Assembly (NCBI GenBank): GCA_028687915.1
Contig: JAQTZF010000001.1
Coordinates: forward strand, 866,634 to 930,633
DNA length: 64,000 nucleotides
Direction of reading: 5' to 3'
Source of the DNA: Candidatus Daviesbacteria bacterium
GTDB taxonomy: Bacteria > Patescibacteriota > Microgenomatia > Daviesbacterales > UBA10151
Positions 12,897-21,861 of the stretch are shown here, one piece after another. A program made the translations under genes and the position numbers. Position 1 is the stretch's first letter. Every line of letters starts with the position of its first letter. Below the pieces are notes generated by a model. The model had not been told where the DNA came from, made no database searches, and worked only from the letters and a program-made list of their open reading frames with translations.

Positions 12897-15800
12897 CTAA
12901 TAGTACCTTTCACTGCCATAATGGTGCTGTAATATAAGATATAAAAAGTATCCCCCACAATTGGTGTTGGGCGTTTAATATCATTACAGTCACTATTAAC
13001 TTCAGAAAAAGGTGTATCAATACCCCCAGATGGGTTTATACAAATCCATTCAGTATGTCCTGGATAAAGGACAATTGGTGGATTGCCAAAAATTCCTCCG
13101 CTTGTAGTGTTATAACTGGAAAAAGGTAAATTAGTCTTGTTTATAGTATCCAGTCCTATATCGCCTCTACCAGAGCTTACATAAACAATATCTCCACTAC
13201 GCATGAGTGCTGAAGACTCATCAGAAATTAAGGGGGCTTTATAATTTCCGCAAGTATCGGCACGAGTTCCTCCACCTGGCACACAGGTATCAATTGGCAA
13301 AATATCGTTATCTGCTGATGTTAGCTCGCCCACATATAAAGCAGAATAAGTGGTAGCTCCAGAAGTAGATAGCTCGCCAAAAGACCTCCTATAAATTACA
13401 TCAGCATTGCCATTTGGCAGCAACACTGGTTGTGCATGAGGTGCTTGGCTACCACCAGAACCATAAAGAATAGGTGCAGGTAACTCTGCTCCAGTATTCT
13501 GATTAACTACATGAACTGGTTGGTTATAAGGATGTGCTTGGAGATAAGATAAGATCATTGATCTCTGAACAGACCATGGCTGGTTATAAATCAATGGGTT
13601 AGCAGTACCATTAAATAAATATGTTCCCTCAGTCAAAGATGCACCCTTCTCGCCATAAAGCATTGGAGTGAAAAGAACTTTACCATTTCCAGCAACTGTC
13701 CATCTGTCTCTAAATCCTTGCCCAGGGATTTTAATATGCCAGGCTTCAGAGCCATCTGATATATTCAGGGCATAGCCCACAGAATCCATACCACCAAAGA
13801 AAACTCTATTATTATCAATAGCAGCTGTATCATAAATTGGTGCACCAATATCATGCTTCCACACTTGAGCTCCGGTACTTCCGTTAATGGCATACATATT
13901 GCCATCAGAAGAACCAATATAAACAATCCCATTTGCAATAACCGGGGCTGTTTTAACAGTGCTGCCAGTAAGAACTTTCCAAGCTAAAGAACCATCATTG
14001 GCGTTCACTGCATAAATATTATGGTCAGTTGAACCAAAGAAGACCCTGCCATTATCATAGGCTGCAGAATTTACCAAACCGCTACCAGTTTTATAAGACC
14101 AAACAGTATGACCATCAGTGGTACTTAAAGCATAAAGAGAGCCATTATTTGATGGCAAGAAAACTAGATTTTGAGCAATAACTGGTTGAACTCTGGAGGA
14201 AACTGGGAATGGTTTATCCCTTTTCCAAAGCACTGCTGAAGATGAAGTTGGCGGCAAAACTGTTTGGGCAACATAACCTGAGTGATTAGCATCTTTTTGA
14301 ACTTGAGGCCAATCAGTAGATGATGCTCCTGGGGTTGGTGTTAAGGTTGGGGTTGGAGTTCCACCTGTACCAATTGTAACTGTTAACAATCTTGGATTTG
14401 ATTCAATAGTATTACCTCCAGTGGTTGTAGCTCTAAAGTAATATTGAGGATCACCCAAAGGCACACCAAATAATCTTAATGGGTTAAATTCAGCTACCCA
14501 TGATCCTGATCCTTGTGATTGAGCATTAAGAGCAATAGCTGCTGGTTGAGTGTTAGCCTGAATATCATCAATTGTTGATCCATTTCTTCTAACCTCAAAA
14601 TTAACTTGTTTATTTGCACAATTCGCATCTCCTGTAACATTTAAGTTAACTATTGTTCCAGTAGTAGTAGTTTGAGTATTCCAGGCAGCAGAAGCAAGAG
14701 TACAGACAAGAGACAATGTGGTATTTTCAACCTTAACAGCTATGTCTTTATCTAAATTTAAGACAGTAAGATTAATGTTACCAGTTTGATCTACTATAGA
14801 AGTATCTGTTTTTAGTGTGGTACCTGTGTAAGTATCAACCCAGGTTACTGTATAAGAACCAACAGGCATACCAGGAATAGTTACAGTTCCTGACTGAACA
14901 GCTATTGCTGTAGGATTATTTACCACATTACCCCAGGTATGTGTTTTATTATCTATCCAAACATGAGCTTTCCCATTTACTGTATCTTTTTGTCCCCAGG
15001 CTCTGATATTAGTATTATTTGAGGTAGCTCCAATATCCTGATAATTACCATTGGATAAAGGAATATCTTTAATAAAGTTATAATAAATTCCATACTGAGG
15101 TCTTAAATCTCTACCTGCTGGATAAATGTGTTCTCCACCATACCAATAAGATTCAATTAAACCACCTGAATTAATTCCTCCCCAAATATATTTATGTAAC
15201 CAAATTCCTTGGGTATCATTATTAAAAAGTGTTGTAGCAGCCCAATTACTATCAACAAAACCAGTTTCTCCTCTCATGACAGGTTTATTGACTCCAAATG
15301 GTTGTTTTGCTCCAATTTGTTGGCTAATTTTATTAGCTTCCTCAGCTGAGTCGTAATAATCAGCAATTGTGCCAATATTTGTCCCTGCGCCATTAGTAGG
15401 CTTATCAACCCGAAGATCAAGGTTTGTCCCCTGAAGAATATATTGATGAACGTCTGCATAATCTACATCAGAATAGTTGTTATTACCCCAAAAACCAGTT
15501 GTGGGAAAACTGTGCCAGTTAGATGTGGTCACTAAGTGGGAATTGGGACCAAATTGATGCATATACTTGCCTAGATTATTAGTTAATGTATAGTGAAGTC
15601 CATTATAAGGATCTCCCTCATTGTTTAGCTCCCAGGAATGAACATTGGGAGAATAACCCCATCTGGCTTGTAAATATCTCCACCAGGCTTGTTGTAACCA
15701 ATAAACCTTTGTTGGTTGACCCCAATTACCGTAATACCATTTATTACCCATAAATGGACACTCTGCTGGGTCATTCTTTGGATCAGAATCCCAACATTCT

Positions 15801-18800
15801 TGAACATTGGGAATAACTTTTCCATCATAATTAATACTATTAGCAATAATCTCATTTTTTTCCTGAATTACTAACTTAAAATAAACATTATCCTTCTCAG
15901 CTTCTTCTAAAACTTTATCAAAAGCATAGGCCATTTTTTGTTCCATATACTGATGGTGAGCCATCCAGGATTTTTCAATAACATTTGGTCCTAAACTACC
16001 ATCTGGGTTAACTTCGTTAACATCAACTCGGTCAATTTGTACAAATGCACCGCTTCCAGTTAAAGGAGTTAAATTATCAATATTCTCAATGGTTAAGTAG
16101 AAATTCAACATAAAATCACGGTTAGCATCACTGGTGAATTCTCCAGTTAAAATTGACCATTGTGGATTACCACTACCATCTTTTGGAGAGGTAGAAGCGT
16201 AATTACTAACCACATTACCAGTACCTGGATTAAAACAATATGTTGGAGGATTATCAGTTGGACCCCATAACCAAAACCCAGTCTTTGCTACGAGGCCATA
16301 AGGCTTTGTTGGATCTTTAGGAGCAGGCAAATTCTGGGGCATTAAGTATTTGATACTAACTCTATACTTAGTGTTTGGCTTGAGTGCTGGTGAATCTTTA
16401 AGCCATCCAGTAAAAATACAAGGATTCCAATATTGCTCTAGTTCCATAGAAACATCGCTTCCTGGGGCACCAGGTAACCTGGTATCAATTGAGGAAAAAG
16501 GTATATAACCCCCATACCACCCACCAGTATGAGAATTCCAGGGATTCCAAGCTGAAGAGTTAATACTCCATCCAGACAACCATACCCTAAGTAATTGAAT
16601 TCCATTTTGACCAAATTTTGGTAAGTTAGTCTTACTACTGGTAATAGGATTCTCAGAAGGTATGCTAGTATTCAGGCTTAATCCCGGGAAATATGTACCA
16701 TCCTGGTACTCAAAGTATCTTGTGTCTGTTTTGGAGACTTTAACAAATCCATGGTTATTAGGATCAGCAGCAGAAACAATAAATGTTTGGGTGGAAGAAG
16801 TGACTTTTCCACCAGCATCCTGAGCAGTTAATCTGTACTGCCAGGTACCTTCCTGAGTTGGAGAAAACCTTAATTTCCAGGAATAGTTTGTGGTTGGATA
16901 AATCCAGTCTCTGCCACCTTTAACCTGATAATCAAAGTCCTGGTAGTAGAAAGCTGGTTGAATAGAAGCTTTAGCCCAGTCAGTTTCTCCTGGAGCTAGG
17001 AACTCTCCATTAACAGTAATACCTTCTTTGGGAGTAACACCTGCAGGAGGTGTTTCATCATATGGCATCTGTAAGTTGGTAGCTACAGTATTGTTAATTT
17101 GGAAAGTAGATTCAAATTTCTCATATTTAGGTACTTGGGAATTAGTGTAAGTAGAAATATTATCTGAAATGTTACCAATCTGAGGACCACCCCCTGCTAA
17201 CCCTGTAACGGTTAACAAGTTCGCCTGAGTATCAATTGTATTTCCTCCCTCAGCACTGGCTGTAAAGTAATATTGAGGACTGGTGAAAAGAATCAAGGGA
17301 TTATATTCAGTTACCCAAGAACTGGTCCCTGTACCACTACTACTCAAAGTTATTCCCACAGGATGAATAGCAACATCATTACCTCCAGTGGTTGATAAAC
17401 CATTTCTAACAACCTTTAAGCTTACTTGTTTATTAGCACAACTACTGTTCCCTGATATTACCAAACTCACAGTACTGTTTTGAGGAGCTATTAGTGATTG
17501 ACTCCCTGGAACACTCCAGGAAGCAGATGTTAGCTGACAAGCGACAGGTGTTGGAGCAGCAGTAGGTGTTGCAGTAGGCGTTGTGGTTACAGTAGGGGTT
17601 AATGATGATTCACTCCATCCACTAATTCTTGCCATCATCACCCAAAAAGCCTGAGCTACCCTTTGTGATCCTGCAGCAGTTAGATGTCCTCCATCAGAAG
17701 AATAAGCAGGATACATAGCTTCCAGACCACCTGAGGTAATAGCATTACCTGCTGGATCATGTGATTCAATAGCAGCCAGATCAAAAAGAATTATATTGTG
17801 GGTAGCTGCATAAGTTCTTAAATTATTATTAAAAGCATCTCTTGAGGGATCACCTGAGGTCATAATGGGCATGGTCCACCAGATAAACTTTTTGGTAGGA
17901 TAGGCAGCCATTAAAGCTTCCATATGGGTTCTGTAATAATTCCAGTCAGCTCCCTGATCTATATAGCAAAACTTTTGTGAGAGAACATCCATTGTGCTTG
18001 CTTGTAGGGCTACCTGAACATCAAAATCATCCACCTTTGCCTGCCAGCCAGGATTACCTCTGGCCTGAAAAGACCAGTTGGTTCTGTTGTATTTGGTGTT
18101 TTGAGCAGTGAGAGCATTTAAACCATCATTAATATTTGATCCCACTGAGGCATGTCTGAACATCATTCTTAAAGCTGAGGCTTGAGTAATTACAGTATCA
18201 GGCAAGTTATTAAAACTTGTAACATTTTGATGATTAATAATAAATTTTGTACTTGAAACTGTTGTTGGGGTAGGAGTGGCAGTTGGAGTAGGAGTAGATG
18301 TGGGGGTTGCAGTTGCCCGTGGGCTAATAGTTGCAGTGGGTGTGGTTACAGGAGCAGCAAAAACCTCCAAAGATGCTAACTGATAATTTGATTGGCTGGA
18401 ACCTGTATTTGCCCTTATTAATAAATAACGTCCTGAACCTAAAATAGATGAGTTAAAATCTCCATTAATCCCGCTTCTTACCACTGTAAAACCTACACCA
18501 TCATCAGATAATTCAATATTATAATTTGTGGCTAGATTATTACCCCATTTTACTGTAACCGTCCCAATTGAAACAGTCGAACCCAAATCAATACCCAACC
18601 ATTGAGCCCCCCCAGAACCAGAAGTCCAAAAAGTAGACACATTCCCGTCAACTGCATTAACAGGACTAGATCCGGCTGCAGTGGAAGAAACACTAATAAT
18701 AGGCTTATTTAAAGCTAAATCCCCGGCAATTTGGGCATTAGCATTTTGAGTAGACTTAATAATTCCAAATAAAGCAACTAGAGTAAAGAGGATAATACTA

Positions 18801-18850
18801 AAACTTAAAAAAAATTTTCTGATAACCAAGAATTTGTTTTTTATCTTCAT
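12893..18850 (-). CDS. Giant secreted modular protein: F5/8 (CBM32-like) domain, SGNH-like domain, clan GH-A glycoside hydrolase-like domain, PQQ-type propeller
   Basis: LALNKP..NAVDGN..W..QWLGIDLG (discoidin); HASVG..DGGHL; WELNNEGDP, DYADVHQY, PVMRGETG; PQQ repeats VYIGSSDGNMYAIN. Confidence 0.75.
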   Translation of the reverse strand: MKIKNKFLVIRKFFLSFSIILFTLVALFGIIKSTQNANAQIAGDLALNKPIISVSSTAAGSSPVNAVDGNVSTFWTSGSGGAQWLGIDLGSTVSIGTVTVKWGNNLATNYNIELSDDGVGFTVVRSGINGDFNSSILGSGRYLLIRANTGSSQSNYQLASLEVFAAPVTTPTATISPRATATPTSTPTPTATPTPTTVSSTKFIINHQNVTSFNNLPDTVITQASALRMMFRHASVGSNINDGLNALTAQNTKYNRTNWSFQARGNPGWQAKVDDFDVQVALQASTMDVLSQKFCYIDQGADWNYYRTHMEALMAAYPTKKFIWWTMPIMTSGDPSRDAFNNNLRTYAATHNIILFDLAAIESHDPAGNAITSGGLEAMYPAYSSDGGHLTAAGSQRVAQAFWVMMARISGWSESSLTPTVTTTPTATPTAAPTPVACQLTSASWSVPGSQSLIAPQNSTVSLVISGNSSCANKQVSLKVVRNGLSTTGGNDVAIHPVGITLSSSGTGTSSWVTEYNPLILFTSPQYYFTASAEGGNTIDTQANLLTVTGLAGGGPQIGNISDNISTYTNSQVPKYEKFESTFQINNTVATNLQMPYDETPPAGVTPKEGITVNGEFLAPGETDWAKASIQPAFYYQDFDYQVKGGRDWIYPTTNYSWKLRFSPTQEGTWQYRLTAQDAGGKVTSSTQTFIVSAADPNNHGFVKVSKTDTRYFEYQDGTYFPGLSLNTSIPSENPITSSKTNLPKFGQNGIQLLRVWLSGWSINSSAWNPWNSHTGGWYGGYIPFSSIDTRLPGAPGSDVSMELEQYWNPCIFTGWLKDSPALKPNTKYRVSIKYLMPQNLPAPKDPTKPYGLVAKTGFWLWGPTDNPPTYCFNPGTGNVVSNYASTSPKDGSGNPQWSILTGEFTSDANRDFMLNFYLTIENIDNLTPLTGSGAFVQIDRVDVNEVNPDGSLGPNVIEKSWMAHHQYMEQKMAYAFDKVLEEAEKDNVYFKLVIQEKNEIIANSINYDGKVIPNVQECWDSDPKNDPAECPFMGNKWYYGNWGQPTKVYWLQQAWWRYLQARWGYSPNVHSWELNNEGDPYNGLHYTLTNNLGKYMHQFGPNSHLVTTSNWHSFPTTGFWGNNNYSDVDYADVHQYILQGTNLDLRVDKPTNGAGTNIGTIADYYDSAEEANKISQQIGAKQPFGVNKPVMRGETGFVDSNWAATTLFNNDTQGIWLHKYIWGGINSGGLIESYWYGGEHIYPAGRDLRPQYGIYYNFIKDIPLSNGNYQDIGATSNNTNIRAWGQKDTVNGKAHVWIDNKTHTWGNVVNNPTAIAVQSGTVTIPGMPVGSYTVTWVDTYTGTTLKTDTSIVDQTGNINLTVLNLDKDIAVKVENTTLSLVCTLASAAWNTQTTTTGTIVNLNVTGDANCANKQVNFEVRRNGSTIDDIQANTQPAAIALNAQSQGSGSWVAEFNPLRLFGVPLGDPQYYFRATTTGGNTIESNPRLLTVTIGTGGTPTPTLTPTPGASSTDWPQVQKDANHSGYVAQTVLPPTSSSAVLWKRDKPFPVSSRVQPVIAQNLVFLPSNNGSLYALSTTDGHTVWSYKTGSGLVNSAAYDNGRVFFGSTDHNIYAVNANDGSLAWKVLTGSTVKTAPVIANGIVYIGSSDGNMYAINGSTGAQVWKHDIGAPIYDTAAIDNNRVFFGGMDSVGYALNISDGSEAWHIKIPGQGFRDRWTVAGNGKVLFTPMLYGEKGASLTEGTYLFNGTANPLIYNQPWSVQRSMILSYLQAHPYNQPVHVVNQNTGAELPAPILYGSGGSQAPHAQPVLLPNGNADVIYRRSFGELSTSGATTYSALYVGELTSADNDILPIDTCVPGGGTRADTCGNYKAPLISDESSALMRSGDIVYVSSGRGDIGLDTINKTNLPFSSYNTTSGGIFGNPPIVLYPGHTEWICINPSGGIDTPFSEVNSDCNDIKRPTPIVGDTFYILYYSTIMAVKGTIR

Positions 18851-18868
18851 ATACTCTTACCAACTTTT

Positions 18869-20095
18869 TTAATTATTACCTGGTGGTGCTTTTGGCATCA
18901 CTTTATATTTTTTTCTTAAAAGTAGAAACATTATTCCCATAACTACAACAGTAACTGCAACCACTCCAAGGAAAATTATCCATTGTGACAATCCAGTTTT
19001 TTCATACCAATTATTTACTGGATTTACCTTAAAACTAAATTCATTTCCTTCTTGTGAAGTAGCAGCACCCAAAACATTAATTTCAAATGTTTTTTCAGAA
19101 CCTGGTACTCTAATAACTACTAGATGTTTATCTGCAGAAACATTTGTAAAAACTACTTCTCCGTTTTCATTTGTTATTCCTCTTTGAGGATCACTGTAAA
19201 GCAAAACTTCAGCATTCTTCAGGAGTGTACCCTTTTCATCTGTAACCTTAACTTTGATTTGAAAACCAGGAATTTGGAATTCTTGGTCTACACTTTGTAC
19301 TTGTGAACCAAAACTATCTATAGATTTAACTCTATAGTGAATTTTATATCCGGGTAACATCATTGCACTTTGGAGCTTAACTTTGTGTTGCTTTAACAAA
19401 GTTTCTGAAGTTGATGATAAAAAGTAATTACCTTTTTCTAAGCCGTATTCCACAACTGAATTTGCCTCCCTGTCAGTCTTCCAGGTAATCGTTGCACTAC
19501 CAGAAGCAACATCTGCTGCTGCTATATCACTTATGAGTAACTGGTCCACACTATTATCAGGTGTAGCTACAGGCTGTCCTGGTTTAGTTGTGGTTTTAGT
19601 ACCAGCCTTAGGAGTTGGCGCAGCTGCTTGGCCACCAACAGTAATTGTTGCACCACCACTTCCACCAAGATTTAACGAATCAGAACTATCAGACGCTCGT
19701 GGGGCAGATGATCCACCAACAAATGATAATGTAGCAGCTCCTGCAGATTTCCCCTTAAAGCTTACTGTGGCAACATTAACACTTCCGGAAACCGCACTCA
19801 GACTTCCCCGGGAAACCTTAATCATTCCCCCACCATAAGAATTTTCTGCACCTATCCCAAAAGCTGAACCAGGATTTACAGATAATACATCAAGCTTATC
19901 CGCTGGGTATGCTAAAAAAGCAGAAACTGCGTTAACAGCATCACCTCCGGTGTTTAGTCTAATAGAAACTGAAATAGTGCCACCAATAGGAACAGTTGTT
20001 TTTCCGGGAGAAACAGATAGAGTGGAAGCAATTATTGCTTGAGGCATTAATAAAAATAATGCAGCCACAATAATAATTAATGAAAATATCCTCAT
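18869..20095 (-). CDS. Cohesin + FN3-like + Ig-like surface protein with C-terminal TM anchor
   Basis: VNAVSAFLAYPADKLDV..SAPRASDSSDSLNL, closely similar to the 258..872 protein; ATITWKTD..VEYG..HKVKL; TM followed by RKKYK. Confidence 0.8.
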   Translation of the reverse strand: MRIFSLIIIVAALFLLMPQAIIASTLSVSPGKTTVPIGGTISVSIRLNTGGDAVNAVSAFLAYPADKLDVLSVNPGSAFGIGAENSYGGGMIKVSRGSLSAVSGSVNVATVSFKGKSAGAATLSFVGGSSAPRASDSSDSLNLGGSGGATITVGGQAAAPTPKAGTKTTTKPGQPVATPDNSVDQLLISDIAAADVASGSATITWKTDREANSVVEYGLEKGNYFLSSTSETLLKQHKVKLQSAMMLPGYKIHYRVKSIDSFGSQVQSVDQEFQIPGFQIKVKVTDEKGTLLKNAEVLLYSDPQRGITNENGEVVFTNVSADKHLVVIRVPGSEKTFEINVLGAATSQEGNEFSFKVNPVNNWYEKTGLSQWIIFLGVVAVTVVVMGIMFLLLRKKYKVMPKAPPGNN

Positions 20096-21795
20096 TGAGT
20101 ACCCCCACTTGTTGTACTTTCTATAGTTGCGCTAGAAGTACTGGTTTTTACAACGCTGGTGGGGCTAGGTGTTGCACTGGATGTTGCATTTGCACTACTT
20201 GTTGCAGTCAAGGTTGGAGCAACTGTAGCTGTGGTTGTGGGTGTAGGAGTTATATTGGCAACCAAATAAGCCTGACCTAAAGCATTTAATTTCATTGGCC
20301 AATAACATATCTTATTATTTGACTCAAACAAGCCTACCAACTGAGGATTTGCACCACATGTATCCGTCCAAAACCACTTTTCTACATTAAGTTTATTACT
20401 TGTAAGATATTTCATAGCTGCTTGGGCAAAATCAACGCCTTCATTAGGTGCATTTTTAGAAACACCTAGCCTGCTGATCCAAATTGGAACACCTTTCCAA
20501 CCGATGACAGCGTCCATGTAATTACGCACATTTGTTAAATAATTCTCTAGATCCTTTGATCCAGACCATTGTTTTTGATCAGTCGCCAAATATCTAACTG
20601 CTAAGATATCAATCGGCGGCTCAACCTCAAAAAAAGTTTTATAAGACGCTCTAAAAGTGTCTAACGTCCTTTTTGGACTATACCCGTTTTTAGCATCAAA
20701 AACAACAGGAGAACCCATTATTCCACCTGGCAAAACCTTAGCAGAGGGATCTATACTCTTAATCTTAATATAAAATTGATGATATAGTAAAGCATAAATG
20801 TCTAATGAAACAGGATTCATAAAAGGCTCAGAGTAAGTTTGTTCAAATCCCATTCCGTCATCCACCATCCAGACTGCTCCACAACGTGATAGAACTAAAT
20901 CTGATAATCCCTGGCCTTGCTCATCACCCAAGAGTACAACACTTGCACTTTCATACCAGACAACACTTCCCTTTCCAATATTAGTAAGCGCTAACTGAAA
21001 GCCTGATACTCCGGCAGGAACTTTACCATAACCCATGACGTAGCTCCATTTATTTGGTTTAACATTTGATAAATCTGCTGCACCAAATTCATTGAAAGGT
21101 GCTTGGCTATTTTGAATTACTACCTTTGCATCAGCAGAGGTAGGTGCTTTTATCCAAACTCCAAAAATAATAAATTGACCTTCTTTTACCGGTGCTTTAT
21201 AAGCTTGTGAAATCTGTGTACCTGACTGGTCTTTATTATTTGTTAGTTTTATACTTGTCCCCTTACTGGATGTACTTTTAGACACTTCTTCTACATCTAT
21301 AAAGACACTCCCTGCTGAATCTGCAATAGTCCAACCCACGGGAACCTGGCCAGGCAAACCTTTAAAGTCAGCGTTACTTAAGTTATTTTCCATCAACAGG
21401 CGAAGCCCCAAAGGATCTCCCAAATTTTGTGTGTATTTCCCAATAGTAAATACAGATTTTTTGGGACCTAAATTTAAATCATTAGTGGAATAAAGAGAAG
21501 TTCCTAAAGTTGCTATTGCCTGTTCCAAATCGCCACCTGTAAAAATAAAGCCTCCACGATTAGAAGGAACTTCAATATGATTTGTACACGCAGCAGCTTG
21601 AGTTTTTTGCTTTGGAAATAAGCGCTCTAGAATTGAATTTTTAAAGGAAAATAACAAAGCAACCAACAAGAACACTATTAACCCTACAGCAAATAATGAG
21701 ACAGCTAACTTAGCATTACTTTTCTCCTGATTAAATAAACGCGCAAAAGGATTTCCTGAAAAACTTAATTTGGGCATGTTAAAGTCCTCTTGCAT
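20092..21795 (-). CDS. Membrane-anchored CBM-like + GH-A-like protein lacking the catalytic glutamates
   Basis: N-terminal TM; carbohydrate-binding-like block (FGVWIK..KWSYV..VWYE); YHQFYIKIKSIDPSAKV..IDILAVRY..PIWISRLG. Confidence 0.55.
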   Translation of the reverse strand: MQEDFNMPKLSFSGNPFARLFNQEKSNAKLAVSLFAVGLIVFLLVALLFSFKNSILERLFPKQKTQAAACTNHIEVPSNRGGFIFTGGDLEQAIATLGTSLYSTNDLNLGPKKSVFTIGKYTQNLGDPLGLRLLMENNLSNADFKGLPGQVPVGWTIADSAGSVFIDVEEVSKSTSSKGTSIKLTNNKDQSGTQISQAYKAPVKEGQFIIFGVWIKAPTSADAKVVIQNSQAPFNEFGAADLSNVKPNKWSYVMGYGKVPAGVSGFQLALTNIGKGSVVWYESASVVLLGDEQGQGLSDLVLSRCGAVWMVDDGMGFEQTYSEPFMNPVSLDIYALLYHQFYIKIKSIDPSAKVLPGGIMGSPVVFDAKNGYSPKRTLDTFRASYKTFFEVEPPIDILAVRYLATDQKQWSGSKDLENYLTNVRNYMDAVIGWKGVPIWISRLGVSKNAPNEGVDFAQAAMKYLTSNKLNVEKWFWTDTCGANPQLVGLFESNNKICYWPMKLNALGQAYLVANITPTPTTTATVAPTLTATSSANATSSATPSPTSVVKTSTSSATIESTTSGGTQ

Positions 21796-21861
21796 TTTTA
21801 TTTACCTTAGATTATCGAAACATATTATTGGGAATTGTGCAAGATATACTATAAGTACTGA

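Noticed and set aside
5508-14314. PQQ-dependent dehydrogenase or BamB function for the propellers
   Set aside because: Only the generic repeat is visible; no supporting pathway or outer-membrane genes in the window
877-18850. The three giants as one frameshifted gene
   Set aside because: Each has its own start and signal peptide, with ordinary 1-4 nt stop/start overlaps
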